Shown here: in pieces, positions 1 through 14,900 of the stretch
Layout of the letters: every line of letters begins with the position of its first letter
Position numbering within the stretch: the stretch's first letter is position 1
Assembly (NCBI RefSeq): GCF_963921235.1
Contig: NC_086117.1
Span: forward strand, 18,166,001-18,230,000
Origin: Mobula hypostoma
Taxonomy: Eukaryota
Reading direction: 5' to 3'
DNA length: 64,000 nucleotides
Notes under the pieces: generated by a model
Databases searched by the model: none
Seen by the model: the letters and a program-made list of their open reading frames with translations, nothing else
What the model was told of the DNA's origin: nothing
Made by a program: the position numbers and the translations under genes

Positions 1-139
1 ACTTTCTTGCCTTAGTGGGTCTGTGCCTGGTGAAAGGTTCTGAGGCTCCTTGCTGGCTGGCACACCGCATAAACAGATTGCAGAAGAAGAGGAGGTACAG
101 GGATATAGGCAATAGTCTGGCTGTTGGATGAAGGCTCAG

Positions 140-1030
140 ATAACATAGAACAGTATAGTTTTAACCTTCTAACTTACTCCACAATCAATCAAACCCTGCC
201 CTCCTATACAGCCCATAACCCTCCACTTTTCTTTCATCTATGTTCTGTCTAAGAGTCTCTTTAATGCCCCCTGCCTCTGCTACCACCCTGGTAGTGCGTT
301 CCATGTATCCACCACTCTCTATATAAAAAACTACCTCTGACATCTCCCCTATTCTTTCCTTCAAACACCTCAAAAGAACATCCTCTGGTATTAGCAATTG
401 TCATCCCTGGGAAAAAGCCACTAGCTGTCCACTCTATTAATACCTCTTATTACCTTATACTCCAATACCAAGTCTCCTCTCATCCTTCTTCGCTCTAAAA
501 AGAAAAACTCTAACTTGCTCAACCTTTCCTCATGAAAGGTTCTCCAATCCATGTAGCATCCTGCTAAATCTCCTCTGCACCTCCTCTAAAGCTTTCACAT
601 CCTTCCAATAATGAGATGACTAGAACTAACCACAGTACTCCAAGTTTGGTTGAACTGCAACATTGCCTCGTGGCTTTTGAACTCAATCCCTGACTAATGA
701 AGGCCAATACACCACATGTCTTCTTAACTATCCAAACAATAGACTTGGATCCCTCTGTTTCTCCACATAGCTGAGAATCCTACCATTAATCCTGTATTCT
801 TCCTTCAAGTTCGATCTTCCAAAGTGTATAATTTCACACCTCTCCGGATTGAACTCCATCTGCCGTTTCTCAGCCCGGATCTGCATCCTGCCTATGTAAT
901 TTACGATAAGCTTCCACCAGGGGTTCCTAACCTGGAGTCCATGGACCCCTCAGTTAACGGGAGAGGTCCAAGGTATAAAAAAGGTTGGGAACCCCTGCTC
1001 TATACTATCCACAACACCACCAACCCTCAT
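140..1030 (-). mobile_element. CR1-type LINE 3' fragment, decayed
   Basis: Same RT C-terminus/3' UTR sequence as other CR1 copies in the window; boundaries approximate. Confidence 0.7.
918..997. mobile_element. 80-bp hAT-like MITE nested in a LINE
   Basis: caggggttcctaacct...aggttgggaacccctg TIRs; same family as 2596-2674 and the partial copy at 2378-2442. Confidence 0.75.
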
Positions 1031-2595
1031 TAGAGGATAAGAGCTATGATGAGCTGGTATAACCTGTTTATATGTTGGAATTTCTAAACAACTCTATAAT
1101 ATGAATCGGTTAACTTCACTTCACGTGCACAGACCTGCTTCCTTTGACGTACTGTAAATCAATTGGATCATCCATGGTTTTTGCTTGTGTCAGCGTGACC
1201 TTAGTCTGTCTGTATATTGATGCCTGTTTGCCATATTCTGGATGTGTCTCCCTTTTATTGAGCCGTCCTTCCTTTCCCATGAGACCTCTTCATGTTGAAG
1301 TTAACGATCTGCCTTCTCTGTCCTTGTGCATTAACATTCTCTGCTCTATCTTTGGCATTTATATGTCTTAACAGAAACTCTCAGCTTCCTAAACTCTGCC
1401 CCAATGCATTTATTTACTCTTTTAGATCTCCTTGGCAATGCAAATATTTGTCTGTAAAAATGGATTGAGTCGGAGATGGAACCGAGCCTATCCCTTAAAG
1501 ATACAGGGTGTTTCTGGGTCATGAGCACCTGACTTATGGACACTCCTACATATGAATAAACTCCTATGGTATTATTAAGTTCAAAAGTCCAACGTTCATA
1601 CATATGGTCGTTCCTACAAAGAACAGATCTAGTTTCCTTCCCTCTCCACTTTCAGTATTTGTTCTTTCTTGTCAATCTGATGTGTTTTAATGTCATTCAT
1701 TACAATACTGTGGAGATATGTATAAAGTATAAAGTAATTTTGTTTATTTTCTGATTTATCTACACCTGTCAAAATGGAACCTATCCATAACCACAGGACA
1801 GGCTGTGGAGTGTGAGTTCGGCAGACGACAGAAATGCTTCACCACAGCAAAACCAATTGCATTTCCTGACCGTAATACAAGAAATGGAAGCCTGAGTTGA
1901 CCATGTGATCTCTCAGATGTTAGGAAGATCGTAGGTGGTTCTCTACCTGAAGTCCACCTCTCTGGCCTGATTCCCCCTTGTTTACTTAATTAGTCATACA
2001 TGTTACAGCCCTGAGTTTATCGTCCTGTATTCTGACACAGTCATGGGGGAAATCGAAGGTTAAAAATCAAGCTCCGTTGTATCTTGAAGCTAAAGGTTTT
2101 CCAATTCAATGTGATTTTGATTTTGCCAAAGAAAGCAAAACCTCTTCCTCCAAGTGCTCTTCAGTAAGAAATAGACATGCAGGGAAACAGAACTGGGGTT
2201 TTTAACATGAACCTTCAGTGAGAGTCGAGGCTTGATGGGCCATTTGGCCACCTCCTGTCTCATACTTTTTCTTTGATTCAGTAACGAAAGATCTTCTAGT
2301 TATAGAAGAACATGTTTTGGTAGATATACTGTTTTCTAAACGATTTGGAGATAAACTCTTATTGTGCCACGAAGCTCTAGGGCCCACAAACCCCTCGGTT
2401 AATGGTAAGGCTCCATGGCATAAAAAAGTTTGGGAAACCCTGATGTAGCTTCAAACAAGAGAGTGCAAAGGACTTGAAGGTAATGCAAACAGCTGAAGTA
2501 TGTTTCCCATTACTGCGAACAGTCAAACTGTTCCTGAATAAACTCCTCTCCTTGTTTGTCAAGTGTCTCAACAAACTGAACTTGATAGAGTAAAC

Positions 2596-2674
2596 CGGGG
2601 GTTTCCAACCTGGGGTCCACAGACCCTTGCTCAATGGCATTGGTCCATGGCTTAGAAAAGGTTGGGAACCCCTG
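2596..2674. mobile_element. 79-bp hAT-like MITE
   Basis: TIRs cgggggtttccaacct / aggttgggaacccctg; 8-bp TSD gagtaaac / gtgtaaac. Confidence 0.8.
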
Positions 2675-2772
2675 GTGTAAACCATGGAGTGAAGAAGCTT
2701 AAGCATTAGTTAATCTAATAATTCCCCATAACATGGAAGACTCATTAATATCTTTGTATATTTGTACCCCAG

Positions 2773-2937
2773 TCCCACCATCAATTGCAGATGATTCTCC
2801 AGATATCACTGTCACTAAAATGTCCCCAGTGGTGCTAACGTGTCATGTGACTGGAATCCCTGCACCTTCAGTGACTTGGATAAAGGATGGAGCCCGACTG
2901 GGGAACCGAGGGCCAGGATACAAAGTGCTGCCGACAG
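2773..2937 (+). CDS. hmcn2: Hemicentin exon, Ig domain A N-half
   Basis: cccag|tc...acag|gtttgt; [55 protein letters not shown]; phase 1-1. Confidence 0.93.
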
Positions 2938-5900
2938 GTTTGTGGGAAGGCTTACTTTCTTTTGATAGATATTTGCACGTATAAAAAATACCTTGCATCT
3001 GAAACAGGCCGAGAAGATCTACTTACTTGGTCACCATGGCTGGGCCTTGGGCCTCCATTGGCTGACCAAGGTACTGCCTGATTTTTCATCAGCTTGTAGA
3101 TCAATCACAGTGAGTTGTCCATTTTGTCAATAAGATTGCATAGGTCCATGCGTTTTAGTGATTTGCTTTGCACACTTTCTAATCATCTTCAGAGTTGCCT
3201 GAATTGGTTTAGAACTTTTGTGTTCATCTAGGAATGCTGGAGATTGCCTCAGCAACACTGAGCCACGCTGGCAACTACATGTGCACGGCTCGGAACATGG
3301 TGGGAACAGCACATAAACACGTAACCCTCACAGTGCAAGGTAAATGTGCAAATGGCTTTTTATTTATACCACACCATGTCCTGCTGAAAGACCTTTCACA
3401 CAAAAGGGAAATAGTATCCAATGACTCTTGCCAAGGTAATCTTGCCATAACTGAGGGAGAAGTGTATTCAGCAAATATCCCTTCAGTTGTGCTGACTGAT
3501 TTAAATCATTTTTAGTTTGTTGGTGTGTTTTCTGCACTTAAATTTTCTCCAATCTCTTCTTGGCCTCATCTTTTCACATTGACAAGATGGTCAATCGGTC
3601 AATCATGCATTCAGTCACCAGCCTGTTGACTCCCAATTCACATCTTAGATTTTAACCACTCCACCACTTGCAGTCAAAGGTTGCCATATCTGAAACTTCT
3701 TTGCCCTTCTTCTTCTTCCCCGGTTTATTTCATAGGACCAAGCATTTTCGCTCATCCTTAGGTCATCTGATTTTACATTTCCTGAGGTAGCTAAATTCTG
3801 TCCAATGACTTGCCACAATGAACAATCTGCTGGGGGGAAATCAGCAGGTTGAGCTGCACTTGCTGAGGGGGTGTGGGGGAAGGAATTGTCGGCATTTTGG
3901 GTTGAAACTCTTCCGAGTTTCTCCTGCAGATTTTGTGTTGCTCTGGATTTCAGTATGTGCAGTCTCTTGTGTCCACATTGGTTGTGAAATAGTTCGGGAT
4001 GCTTTATGGTGCAATATTAGTCCATCACAGTTGTTAACATAGTAAACGACTCGAGGCCATTTGCAGGAGTACCATCAATGACACAGAACCGTAAAAGGAA
4101 AAATGAAGACAAGTGACAAAAAGCTTGTCTGAAGAGGTGAAATTGAAGGAATAACTTCATTGAGAGATGGGGTAGATGGGGGAAAGATGCTTCATACTAC
4201 ACTGTATATCCTTGATATCAGCACAGCCACAAAGCAATCTAGTCTCAGTTTTCTCCCGTCATTCTTCCTTCTGCAAAGATGTTGATTGACACTAAGGTTC
4301 TGTATACTTCCTTATAATTCCACACGGCCAAAGCAGATATTTTTGTAACACCATTACAGTGCCAGAGACTCGGGTTCAATTTCCGCTGCTGTCTGTACGT
4401 TCTCCTGGTGACCGCTTGGGTTTTCCCAGCCACCCTGGTCTCTTCCCACATTCCAAAGACGTACAAGTTAAAATTAGTGAGTTGTGAGCATGTGCTATGT
4501 TGGCATCGCAAGTGTGGCAACATTTGCGGGCTGCCCCCAGCATTTTCTCGGACTGTGTTAGTTGTTGATGCAAACTACGCGTTTCACTGTATGTTTCAAT
4601 GTATATGCGACAAGTAAAGCTAATCTTTAAATCTAACCTTCGTGAGCATACGTAATCAAATGTTCCTGAACTCCATACAGCTGATGAATAAAAATGTAAC
4701 TGTACCTTTAAGAACTGCTTGACTGATTTACTATGAATTTGATGCTGTTGTTTAATCGAGGGTGACTTGCTTCAATAACTGCTGTTGTTATAGTTCTCCC
4801 TCTGTTTAGTTAGCTGACATATGCAATAGTCCTTCATGGAGGAAGAACTCTCTTTTGATTGTTCAACACTGAAACACTGAAAATCTTCTGCACTTCTTGG
4901 CCGTATATTGAGTGGCCACTTCATACGTACACCAGTACACTTGTTCAATAATATCTAATCAGCCAATCATGTGGCAGCAACTCCATGCATAAAAGCATGG
5001 TCAAGACGTTGTTGTTCAGACCAAACATCAGAATTGGGAAGAAATGTGACCTAAGTGACTTTGATCGTGGAATGTTGGTGCCAGATGGGGTGGTTTGAGT
5101 ATCTCAGAAACTGCTGATCTCCTGGGATATTCATTCAGTCTCTAGAGTTTACAGAGAAGGGTATGAAAACAAAAAGAAACATCCGGTGAGCAGCAGTTCT
5201 GTGGGTGAAAACGCCTTGTTAACGAGAGAGGTCAGAGGAGAATGGCCAGGCTGGTTCAAGCTGACAGGAAGGCGACAGTAACTCAAATAACCACAATGGT
5301 TGGCACAGGAGCATCTCTGAATGTACAACACGTTGAACTTTGAAGTGGATGGGCTACAGCAGCAGAAAACCATGAACATACACTCAATGGTCACTTTATT
5401 TATTTGTTTGTTTGTTTATTTATTTTACAGAAGGTGCCTAATAAACATAGAACATCAAACAATGCAACACAAGAACAGGCCCTTCAGCCCACAATGTTGT
5501 GCTAAACCAATTAATAATCAAATAGCCAACTAAATTAATCCCTTCTGCCTACACAATGTCTATATCCTTCCATTTCCCTGACATTCATGTGCCTTTCTTA
5601 AAGTCTCTTAAACGCCCCGAATGCATCTGTCTCTACCACTACCCCAGGCAGTGACCTGGTAAACCTCTTCTGCACCGTCTTCAAAGCCTTGACATCCTTC
5701 CTACAATGGAGCAGTCAGAATTGTGTGCAAAACTTCAGATGCGGCTAAGTAGAGTTTTATAACATAACTTCCTGACTTTTGAAGGCCATATGCCTTACTA
5801 AGCCTATCAACCTGTGCTTTCAGGGAGAGTGGCCACAGAGTCTATCTTTAAAGTCTGGTCTCTGCTCCTTAGTAGCAATAATAGAGGAGTGAGGCCAAAA

Positions 5901-8900
5901 AGGGGCCATTGCTTCCTGGCCAGATCTCTTCTGCTGTCTCCTTTTCTTCTCTATTGAGACTGTGTTGCTGTGTCTTCTCATTCCTGAGTCGAAAGGCCTC
6001 AGTCAGGGACCTGAGCAAGCAATTTCTGTTGTCCTACTGAGGGAATGCTACACCGTTACAGGAGCTGGCTGATGGTTGAGACTTTAAACTGGATCTGTGG
6101 CATTATCTGAAGAGCACAAAATCTCATGTAAGCATTCATGCTTGTACATTTCCCCAAAATAATGCCTTAAAATAAACATCGTTTATTATATTTTGGGGGG
6201 GTTTGTGGAGACTTGTGTCAAGTTCAAGTTCAAGTTTATGGTCATTCTACTATACACACGTATGTGTTCATCCATCGCCGACGTCGATGAGGACCTCAAC
6301 ACCATTATGATGGTGTCGAGACTAGCGCATGATTTGGATTTAAGTGAGGGAGAGTCGCGCAGCGTCAGCCTCACTCTCTCTTCCCAATTTCCATTTGGAT
6401 CCAGTGGCAAGACAGAGTCGAGACGGCTGGAGATGGGACTACGTGCAGTGGATGACCAGGACGTCTTCTGTGCCTTGTCCTGCTCTACACATTCCATGAC
6501 ACTTGCAGAGACCGCCTTCTTGACCGTTGGACCTTCCATTGATCTCGCTCCCTCAATCTGCCGGAGTCTGTCTTCACATGCTGGGATAGACAACTCCCTA
6601 TCTCACCAAGGGTTTGAGACCCGTCGGCTACCCTCACCTGGTTTAGCCGGCTTGTCAAAGCCGTTGCCCGGGGTGTGGCCGCTGTCGCGTGCAAACAGCT
6701 ACAGGGAGCCACAGGTGAGAGCTGAGTGCCAGGTGGGGACCAAAGGTGGACTAACCATCTTGAAAAGGACGCAACATGTTCCCCCCCCAGAGGTGCTACC
6801 CCTCCCTGACACCCCATACACGTATACAGCTAAGTAAAACATCGATACTCTGGGACCAAGGTTCCAAACCCAGCACACGTAATCATGCACTGCACATATA
6901 GTTACAGTCCAGCACATAGAGACACAAAATAAGATTAGCACAAGTCCCTGAGTGGCTCGGCATGTGGACAAGTTGGCATAAAGTACGAGGTGTATGTTTA
7001 TGTACAGTAAGACAGTATAATGCTATTGGCACTATTAAAATAAAACAATAATTCCTATATTACAAAAGTGACTACACAAAGATATTCTGAGACTGTGAAA
7101 GGCCTGATATAAATAAATTGTTTCTTTTCTTACCTGAACGAGCTTAACACTGGAATTTATTTCATCTCCTGCCTTGCAGAACCTCCTGCTATCAAGCCCC
7201 TACCTGCCACCCTTGAAGTTGTAGTGAACAATGGTATTATGCTTCCCTGTGAGTCGACAGGTACGCCAAGACCCAGCGTTACATGGCAGAAGGATGGCAT
7301 CACCGTCTCAAGCAAAGGTGAGGTGCCAATCCACACCTGAGACATCAGCCAGGTGGGACGTACCAATAACCTTGAGCAGAGGGTCGAAACCCAAGGGTTA
7401 CAGACAGATTGCAGAGGAAATGAGGAAAAAAATGTTTTCACCCGAAGAGTACAATGGGTCAGGATAGGAGAGGTAGAAATTGAAATCTCTTTTAAAGAAT
7501 ACTGGATACATCCTTGAAAAGGCATGAGCTACAAGTCGAGAAGATGTGATTGGGGTTGGTAGTTTGCTCTTGGCTAACACCAACGTAATGGACTAGATGA
7601 CAGTTTCCTGTGTCATAAGTTTTCTGTGATTCTTAGAGTACATTTTTGTTTTCTCTTAACGCAGAACAGCATTGCTGTAAGTGGGTTACGTCCCAAAGCA
7701 GCTGAACTTCACTCATCAGACCAGACTAGGACAGGAATGCTTATAGGGACTGGCTGGCTGTTACTCTGAGTTATTTCCTGACCCCAGCTGGTACAAAGAG
7801 ACAGTGCATGGTGCATTTGCCCTATCACCAATGCAGTCTGGGTTGCATGCACTCCTGCTCAATTAGAAAAACAAGATCAAGATCAACAGACTATGCATCA
7901 GAACCCTCTACAAGATCACAGACTATGCATCAGAACCCTCTTTCTGAAGGGTACAAATAGCATGAAGCTGCTCATTTCATTGAAGAATCCAACAGAGAAA
8001 GGCTGGTGTAGGAACTGGGAGAATGTCCATGCTGGGGAAGAAGGGGGAGTTCTGGGGCTGAGTGATGGGAGGTCTACCATGCACCTTTACCAACACAGAA
8101 TCTGGAGTGTCCACAAGGATGGGAGTTGGGAGGACAAACAGGAGTGTAGGCCACTGTTATCATCACTGATGTGAGTTTTCACATGTGTACACACAGGTTT
8201 GCCTTGTAACAGTGGAGACACTTGTGTAGACCTCCCATACGTAGCAAATAAGAATGTTTATGCTCACACCTCTATCAGATTGTGTTGTATCTGGCCTGGG
8301 TGCTGGTAACAGGAAAGTTTTGCCTACAGAATGCCACTCAATTAGAAATGTATATGAAAATCTGAAGGCAACATGCAATCCATATTAACTTTAGGATAGC
8401 TCCTCTTTTGAAGACTCTTGTCAAAGGGACTGTCCATTTTCTTCAAAGTTCAAAGTACATTTATTATCAAAGTATGTATATATTAATACAACCTTGAGAT
8501 TTGTCACCTTACAGGCAGCCACTAAACAAAGAAAACCAAAAAGACCCGTTAAAAAAACAAGACCATCAAACACCCAATGTGAACAGAGAACAAAAAACAA
8601 ATCATGCAAACAGTAGGTATAAGCAAATAGCACTCACAGACAGAAAGCCCAGAGCAGGCCACAGCCTCAGCCTCAGTTCAGCGCAGAGATGAGTAAACGT
8701 CACAGAGCAGCAAGCAGAACCAGCCTGGCCCTTACCCCTGAACCCAACACCCTGCCTTTTCAATCCATCATTGTCAATGCCCAACCCCAGTCCAGTGAAT
8801 ATGTGAACGTGTTCCTGGGGAGGAGTGGAGAATGACAAGCTGTGGGACAGGAATAAAGTTGTTGCCTTGATCTAGACCACCTCTGGTTGTGAGCATCTAC

Positions 8901-11900
8901 ACTTCCACCACAACGATGAACTTTTGGATCATTCTCAACCGTATTATGTTCGATTGCAACCGGGTCCCGGTCGCTGGACATTCACCTAGGATTGCTGACA
9001 GCCAAAAATATTGTGTTACCTCTGGAATGGGTGGCAGGCATTGCACACCATTATATCCAGGCTTAGCTACACTGCTCTATGGGGTGTTACATCATGTAGT
9101 CATTAAATGATCACTTCTGTTCCAGGACGTTTCTTGTTGGCCAATGGAGCTCTGGATATCATGAGGGTGACAGAAGAGGATTCTGGGAACTACATGTGTA
9201 TTGCCCAGAATGCAGCTGGCACAGCCCTGGGTAAAACCAAGCTGGTGGTGCAAGGTAACGGCTAAAGAGAGCACGGTAAAGGGGCGAAACACTTGGGCAT
9301 TTGAGATATTGTCAACTTTGCAGCATTAAAAAACTGCATTGCTAGGACCAACAGACTCAAAAACAGTTACTCTCCCCCAGGCAATAAGGTGATCAATAGC
9401 TCTACCCACTAACCCACCCCACCACTGCTTTATCATTTCCTGTCAGTCACCTTATGTACAGAAACACTCCTGTACCTAGCATCACTTTATCTACATACAA
9501 TCAATCTACAAACCCCATTTCCAGGAAAGTTGGGATATTTTCCAAAATGCAATAAAAACAAAAATCTGTGATATGTTAATTCACGTGAACCTTTATTTAA
9601 CTGACAAAAATACAAGAAAAGATTTTCAATAGTTTTACTGACCAACTTAACTTATATTTTGTAAACATACACAAATTTAGAACTTGATGGCTGCAACACA
9701 CTCAACAAAAATTGGGACAGAGTTAAAATAAGATTGAAAAGTGCACAGAATATTCAAGTATCAGTTCAAAAGGAACATTTCTCAATGCAAGATTGCAGAA
9801 GATTTAGGTCTTTCAACATCTACTGTACATAATATTGTGAAAAGATTCAGAGAATTCAGAGACATCTCAGTGCGTAAAGGGCAAGGTCGGAAACCACTGT
9901 TGAATGCGCGTGATCTTCGAGCCCTCAGGCGGCACTGCCTAAGAAACTGTCATGCTACTGTCACAATTATAGCCACCTGGGCTCGGAGTTCTTTGGAAAA
10001 CCATTGTCACTCAACACAGTCCGTCGCTGCATCCAGAAATGCAACTTGAACCTGTATTACGCAAGGAGGAAGACATACATCAACTCTATGCAGAAACGCC
10101 GGCGAGTTCTCTGGGCCCGAGCTCATCTCAGATGGACCGAAAGACTGTGGAACCATGTGCTGTGGTCAGATGAGTCCACATTTCAGCTAGTTTTCGGAAA
10201 AAACGGGCGTCAAGTTCTCCGTGCCAAAGATGAAAACGACCATCCAGATTGTTATCAGCAAAAGGTGCAAAAGCCAGCATCTGTGATGATATGGGGGTGC
10301 ATCAGTGCCCACAGCATGGGTGAGTTGCATGTATGTGAAGGTACCGTTGACTCTGAGGCGTATATTAGGATTTTAGAGAGACATATGTTGCCATCAAGGC
10401 GACATCTCTTCTCGGGACGTCCATGCTTATTTCAGCAGGACAATGCCAGACCACGTTCTGCACGGGCTACAACAGCGTGGCTTTGTAGACACAGAGTGTG
10501 TGTGCTTGACTGGCCTACTGCCAGTCCAGATCTATCTCCTATTGGAAATGTATGGCGCATCATGAAGAGGAGAATCAGACAACAGAGACCATGGACAGTT
10601 GAGCAGCTGAAGTCTTATATCAAGCAAGAATGGACAAAATTTCCAATTGCAAATCTACTACAATTAGTATCCTCAGTTCCAAAACGATTAAAAAGTGTTA
10701 TTAAAAGGAAAGGTGATATATCACAATGGTAAACATGCCTCTGTCCCAACTTTTGTTGAGTGTGTTGCAGCCATCAAATTCTAAATTTGTGTATGTTTAC
10801 AAAATACAATTAAATTGGTCAGTAAAACTATTGAAAATCTTTTCTTTGTACTTTTGTCAGTTAAATAAAGGTTCACGTGAATTAACATATCACAGATTGT
10901 TTTTATTGCATTTTGGAAAATATCCCAACTTTTCTGGAAATGGGGTTTGTATTTATTGTGTTCTTTGTGTGTTTTTTTTGTACTGAATCAGAATCAGAGT
11001 AACAATTATTTCATTCTCCTTTACACCTGAGTACTGGCAATGTGTGTGTTTTGCCCATTAAGCCACTGGCGGTTAGGGCAGCAATGAAGTTCCTCCATCT
11101 CTGGGTTTCCTTCATTGTGTCAGTAGCCTCCTCTCGGTTTTCACTACTGTCAGTCATGCAAGTCCCGGCTGGAGACTCAGGAATACCGTCACACTCAGAT
11201 GTAGGAGGATTCTTCAATGCTGTTTCTGTAAACATTTTGCTTTACCAGTCAGGATTGTTAGCCCTGAGCTGAACCCCTGAACCTGGAGGACTGGTGGACC
11301 ACACTTAATCTGTCCTCTACCCTTTGACCTGTTTGGCATGGGTGACCCAACCAAGAGCCAAAGCATAAAGCCCTGACTCCAGCCAACACAGCTCTTGGGG
11401 TTAGTGAGGCATGAGAGCCTCCAAACCATGACAAGCTTGTGATCCCCTTGGAGGTGTGCTGGAAATGACATCAAGCATTGAATCTTTGGTGGCTCTATTC
11501 TTCCTGAAGGTGTTCCATTTTTTTTGGGAGGAATATAAAGCTACTGTACATGTGAGTCTAATGATTTGAATGCAGAGAATATTCTATGCCAGATAAATAT
11601 TTTTAAAATGTTTCACATTGTTCAGCTTCCAAGTACTCCATCAAGGTACTAAACTTGAGCACTGAAAGACCATCTAGCAATCATGCATCATCTGATCATC
11701 CTTGTGTGCGGTTTTGGACTCCGAGTCTGGGTGGAAATATCTTTGCTTTAGAGGGAGGGCAGCCAAGATTCGCCACTCTGCCCCCTGGAGTGGCATGACT
11801 AACATATGAAGGTTGGGATCTTTGAGCTTTTATTGGTGAGAGGTCAGAAGAATGAGAGGGGACCATGTTAAAATCCTGACAGGTCCGGGCAGGCTAGATG

Positions 11901-14900
11901 TAGGAAGAATGTTCCTGGTGACAGGGAAGTCCAGAACTGGGTCACAATCTAAGGATTCATGATACATTATTTATTATTATAGATTACTTTTGAGTCGTAT
12001 AGCATGGAAACTTACGGCCCAACTGGTCCATGCCAACCGAGATTCCCACCTAAGCTGGTCCCATTTGCCCACATTTAGAACATAGAACATAAGACATTAC
12101 AGCACAGTACAGGCCCTTCAGCCCACAATGTTGTGCTGATATTTTAACCACTCAAAGATCAATTTCACTCTTCTTTCCCTCATAGCCTATTTTTTTTATC
12201 ATCCATTTGCCTATCGTCTATTTGCTAAGTGCCCCTAAAGTATCTGCCTCTACTACCATCCCTGGCAGGGCATTCCACATACTCAACTCTCTCTGTTTTA
12301 AATTTGCCCCCTCATGCCCCATTGAGGAAGAAGTTTCGCTCTTTTTGTCTCAACATATTACAGTAAGGGTGGAGATTGAGGAGAAATTTCTTCAGAGGAG
12401 GCAAATTATTAGACGTATTCTAGAAAGTTAAATGTGGGACTAATGGCTGAGGAGAGATGAAAGAGTGTTGGGGAGAAAACAGGAGCAGGGTACTGAAATC
12501 GGATGACAAACCGTAATCACATCAAATGAGAAGCAAGCTTGAAGAACCAGATTTTCTATTCCTTAAGCTGTTCTAATTAACTGGCAAGCACTGCATCACA
12601 GGACAGCTGCCTATAAAACTGATCTCCCCATTGCCCTCAGCCCTGAACAAAGATGGTCAAGGGTCTCACATTATCTTGGTTCCTAGAGAACCAAGGATTG
12701 GATAATTTGACCTCCCTATTCCATCAATTTCTCGATAGAAACGTACTGACCTCTCACTCCAGAGAGCATGAAGTTGGAATCAGATGGAGAGAGTCCATTG
12801 ATATTTGATTTGGTAGATAAATAAATTGCATATTGTGTCATGGTTGATTGAAAATAGCACTCTCTCTCTTTAATTCAGTGCCCCCGGATATCAAAGCCAG
12901 CAGCAGAGAATATAAAGCCACCGTTCATCACTCTGCCATGTTACCCTGTGAGGCAGCAGGCCACCCTAAACCAGAGATAACCTGGGTCAAGGATGGCCGC
13001 CCGGTCAGTGACCACGCGTACCTGCAGATCTTTGCCAACGGCTCTCTGCACATTCCACAGGTCGCGCTTCCTGACGCGGGCTGGTACACGTGTGTGGCCC
13101 AGAACAAAGCCGGTGTGGTCACTGTGGACAGGACTCTGGTGGTGCAAGGTGAGAGGGCATTGTCGGAAGGATTTGTGTCAGGGTGCTAGCTGGAGATTTA
13201 ACTTTGCCAGCCTCTTTGGGCGGCATGCACACATCCTTCATGCCATCGGGTGAATTCAGGTTCGTTCCTCAGCACCTGCCAGCCCACCATCCATCCGCGA
13301 GAATCACTGGCATTCCAAATGGTCTCCAACCACCGGCACCTGCCCCTGACCTCTAACTCTCCCTCATGCCTGTCCCCTAACTTCCTGCAGTGCCCCAAAA
13401 CCTTCCCTACAAAACTAAAAAAAACTACTACATCCGAGCCACGAACTCAATGGACATCACAGCTCAGAGCCATCTTGACCAGAAGAATGTCTGATCTTGC
13501 TGTACCTATTGTTTTCGGGAGTCCTGAATCAATATTTGCCCCACCCCCTCCCAGAGGCCAACCACAACCTCAACTCCTGCTTGTCCGAGGAAGCTCACTC
13601 TACTTGTTTTGGAGGAGGCGAAAGATTTCTGGTGGGCCCTTTGAAAGCATTTCAGAGGGAGCAGAAGGTCCCCCTGATGTTGCTTCGGACACATTGACCA
13701 ACAACAATGGGTCAGTGCCACAGGAACACAAGAAATTCCGAGGATGCCAGAAACTTTGAGCAACACACACACAAAATGCTGGAGGAACACAACAGAACAG
13801 GCAGCACCTACGGAGGTGAATAAACAGTCGGTGTTTCAGGCCAAGAGCCTTTATCTGGACCGGAGAGGAAGGGGGAAGAAGCCAGAATAAGTTGGTGGGG
13901 GAGAGGGGAAGGAGTACAAGCTGGCAGGTGATAGGTGAGAACAGATGACAGAGGAGGTGGGTGGGTCAATATCTGTTGCTTAAAGAAGGGTCTCTGCCCA
14001 AACGTCGACTGTTTATTCCTCTCCATTGCTGCTGCCTGACCTGCTGAGTTCCTCTAGCATTTTGAGTGCGTCGCTCAGTATCAGTCACCATTGCGGGATC
14101 TTACTCTACTTACACCGGATTGCATGTTTGCCTACCATATTTCCGAAGTTCTGAAGTGGATGTGAAATTCTTTGGGACATGCCAGGGAAAAGGAAGTGAA
14201 AGTGGAAGATACTGGAAACATTCAGAGCAGAGTTATTGTATCTTTTGTCAGCTCTGGGCAAAGTAAGCAACACAGCTTTTTTTAAATGGCGGAGAAAGAG
14301 GAAGGGTGGAAACTCAAAGGTAACGATAGTGTGAGAAACGAAAGCAATCTGTTTTAGTGTCAGCTGAAAGACATTGGGAAGGCTTATTAACGAAGATGAA
14401 TCTCAGGATAGAATATGGTGACATATACATACTTCGGTAATAAATTTACTTTGAACTTATGAAGTTTTGAACGATGTTCTCAGGAGATATAAATAGAAAG
14501 ATGATGATATTATAACAGACAGAGAAAAAAAATTCTGGAATAGTGAGGCATGGGTCATTGCAGTTATTGGAGATCTGGAATAAAAGAGAGTACCAGAATT
14601 ACTGAGGAGATCAGTGGGAGAGAGGGTCCTGCAGGGATGCTGTTTCATTGTGCTTTCTTCTGGCGCAGTTCCACCGTTGATTCTGATTGGCCAGTCAGAG
14701 CTCTCGGTGCTGGAAGATTCACAGGTCCTCTTGCCCTGCACTGCCCAGGGATCGCCTGCACCCATGGTCTATTGGGAGAAGGATGGTGCTGCCGTGCCGG
14801 ATGTCCCGGGGAAATTCACCGTCCTGCAGTCTGGAGAATTGATAGTGGAAAATGCAATGGTAGGTCGCTGCACAGCACAAAGTTTGACCTGTGTCGGTAA

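Noticed and set aside
6193-6837. 214-aa plus-strand ORF
   Set aside because: Lies across a TSD-flanked retroposon and repeat flanks; no recognisable domain and not needed in the hemicentin frame.
13250-13759. 169-aa intronic ORF
   Set aside because: No domain signature, not required by the exon chain, no supporting splice pattern.
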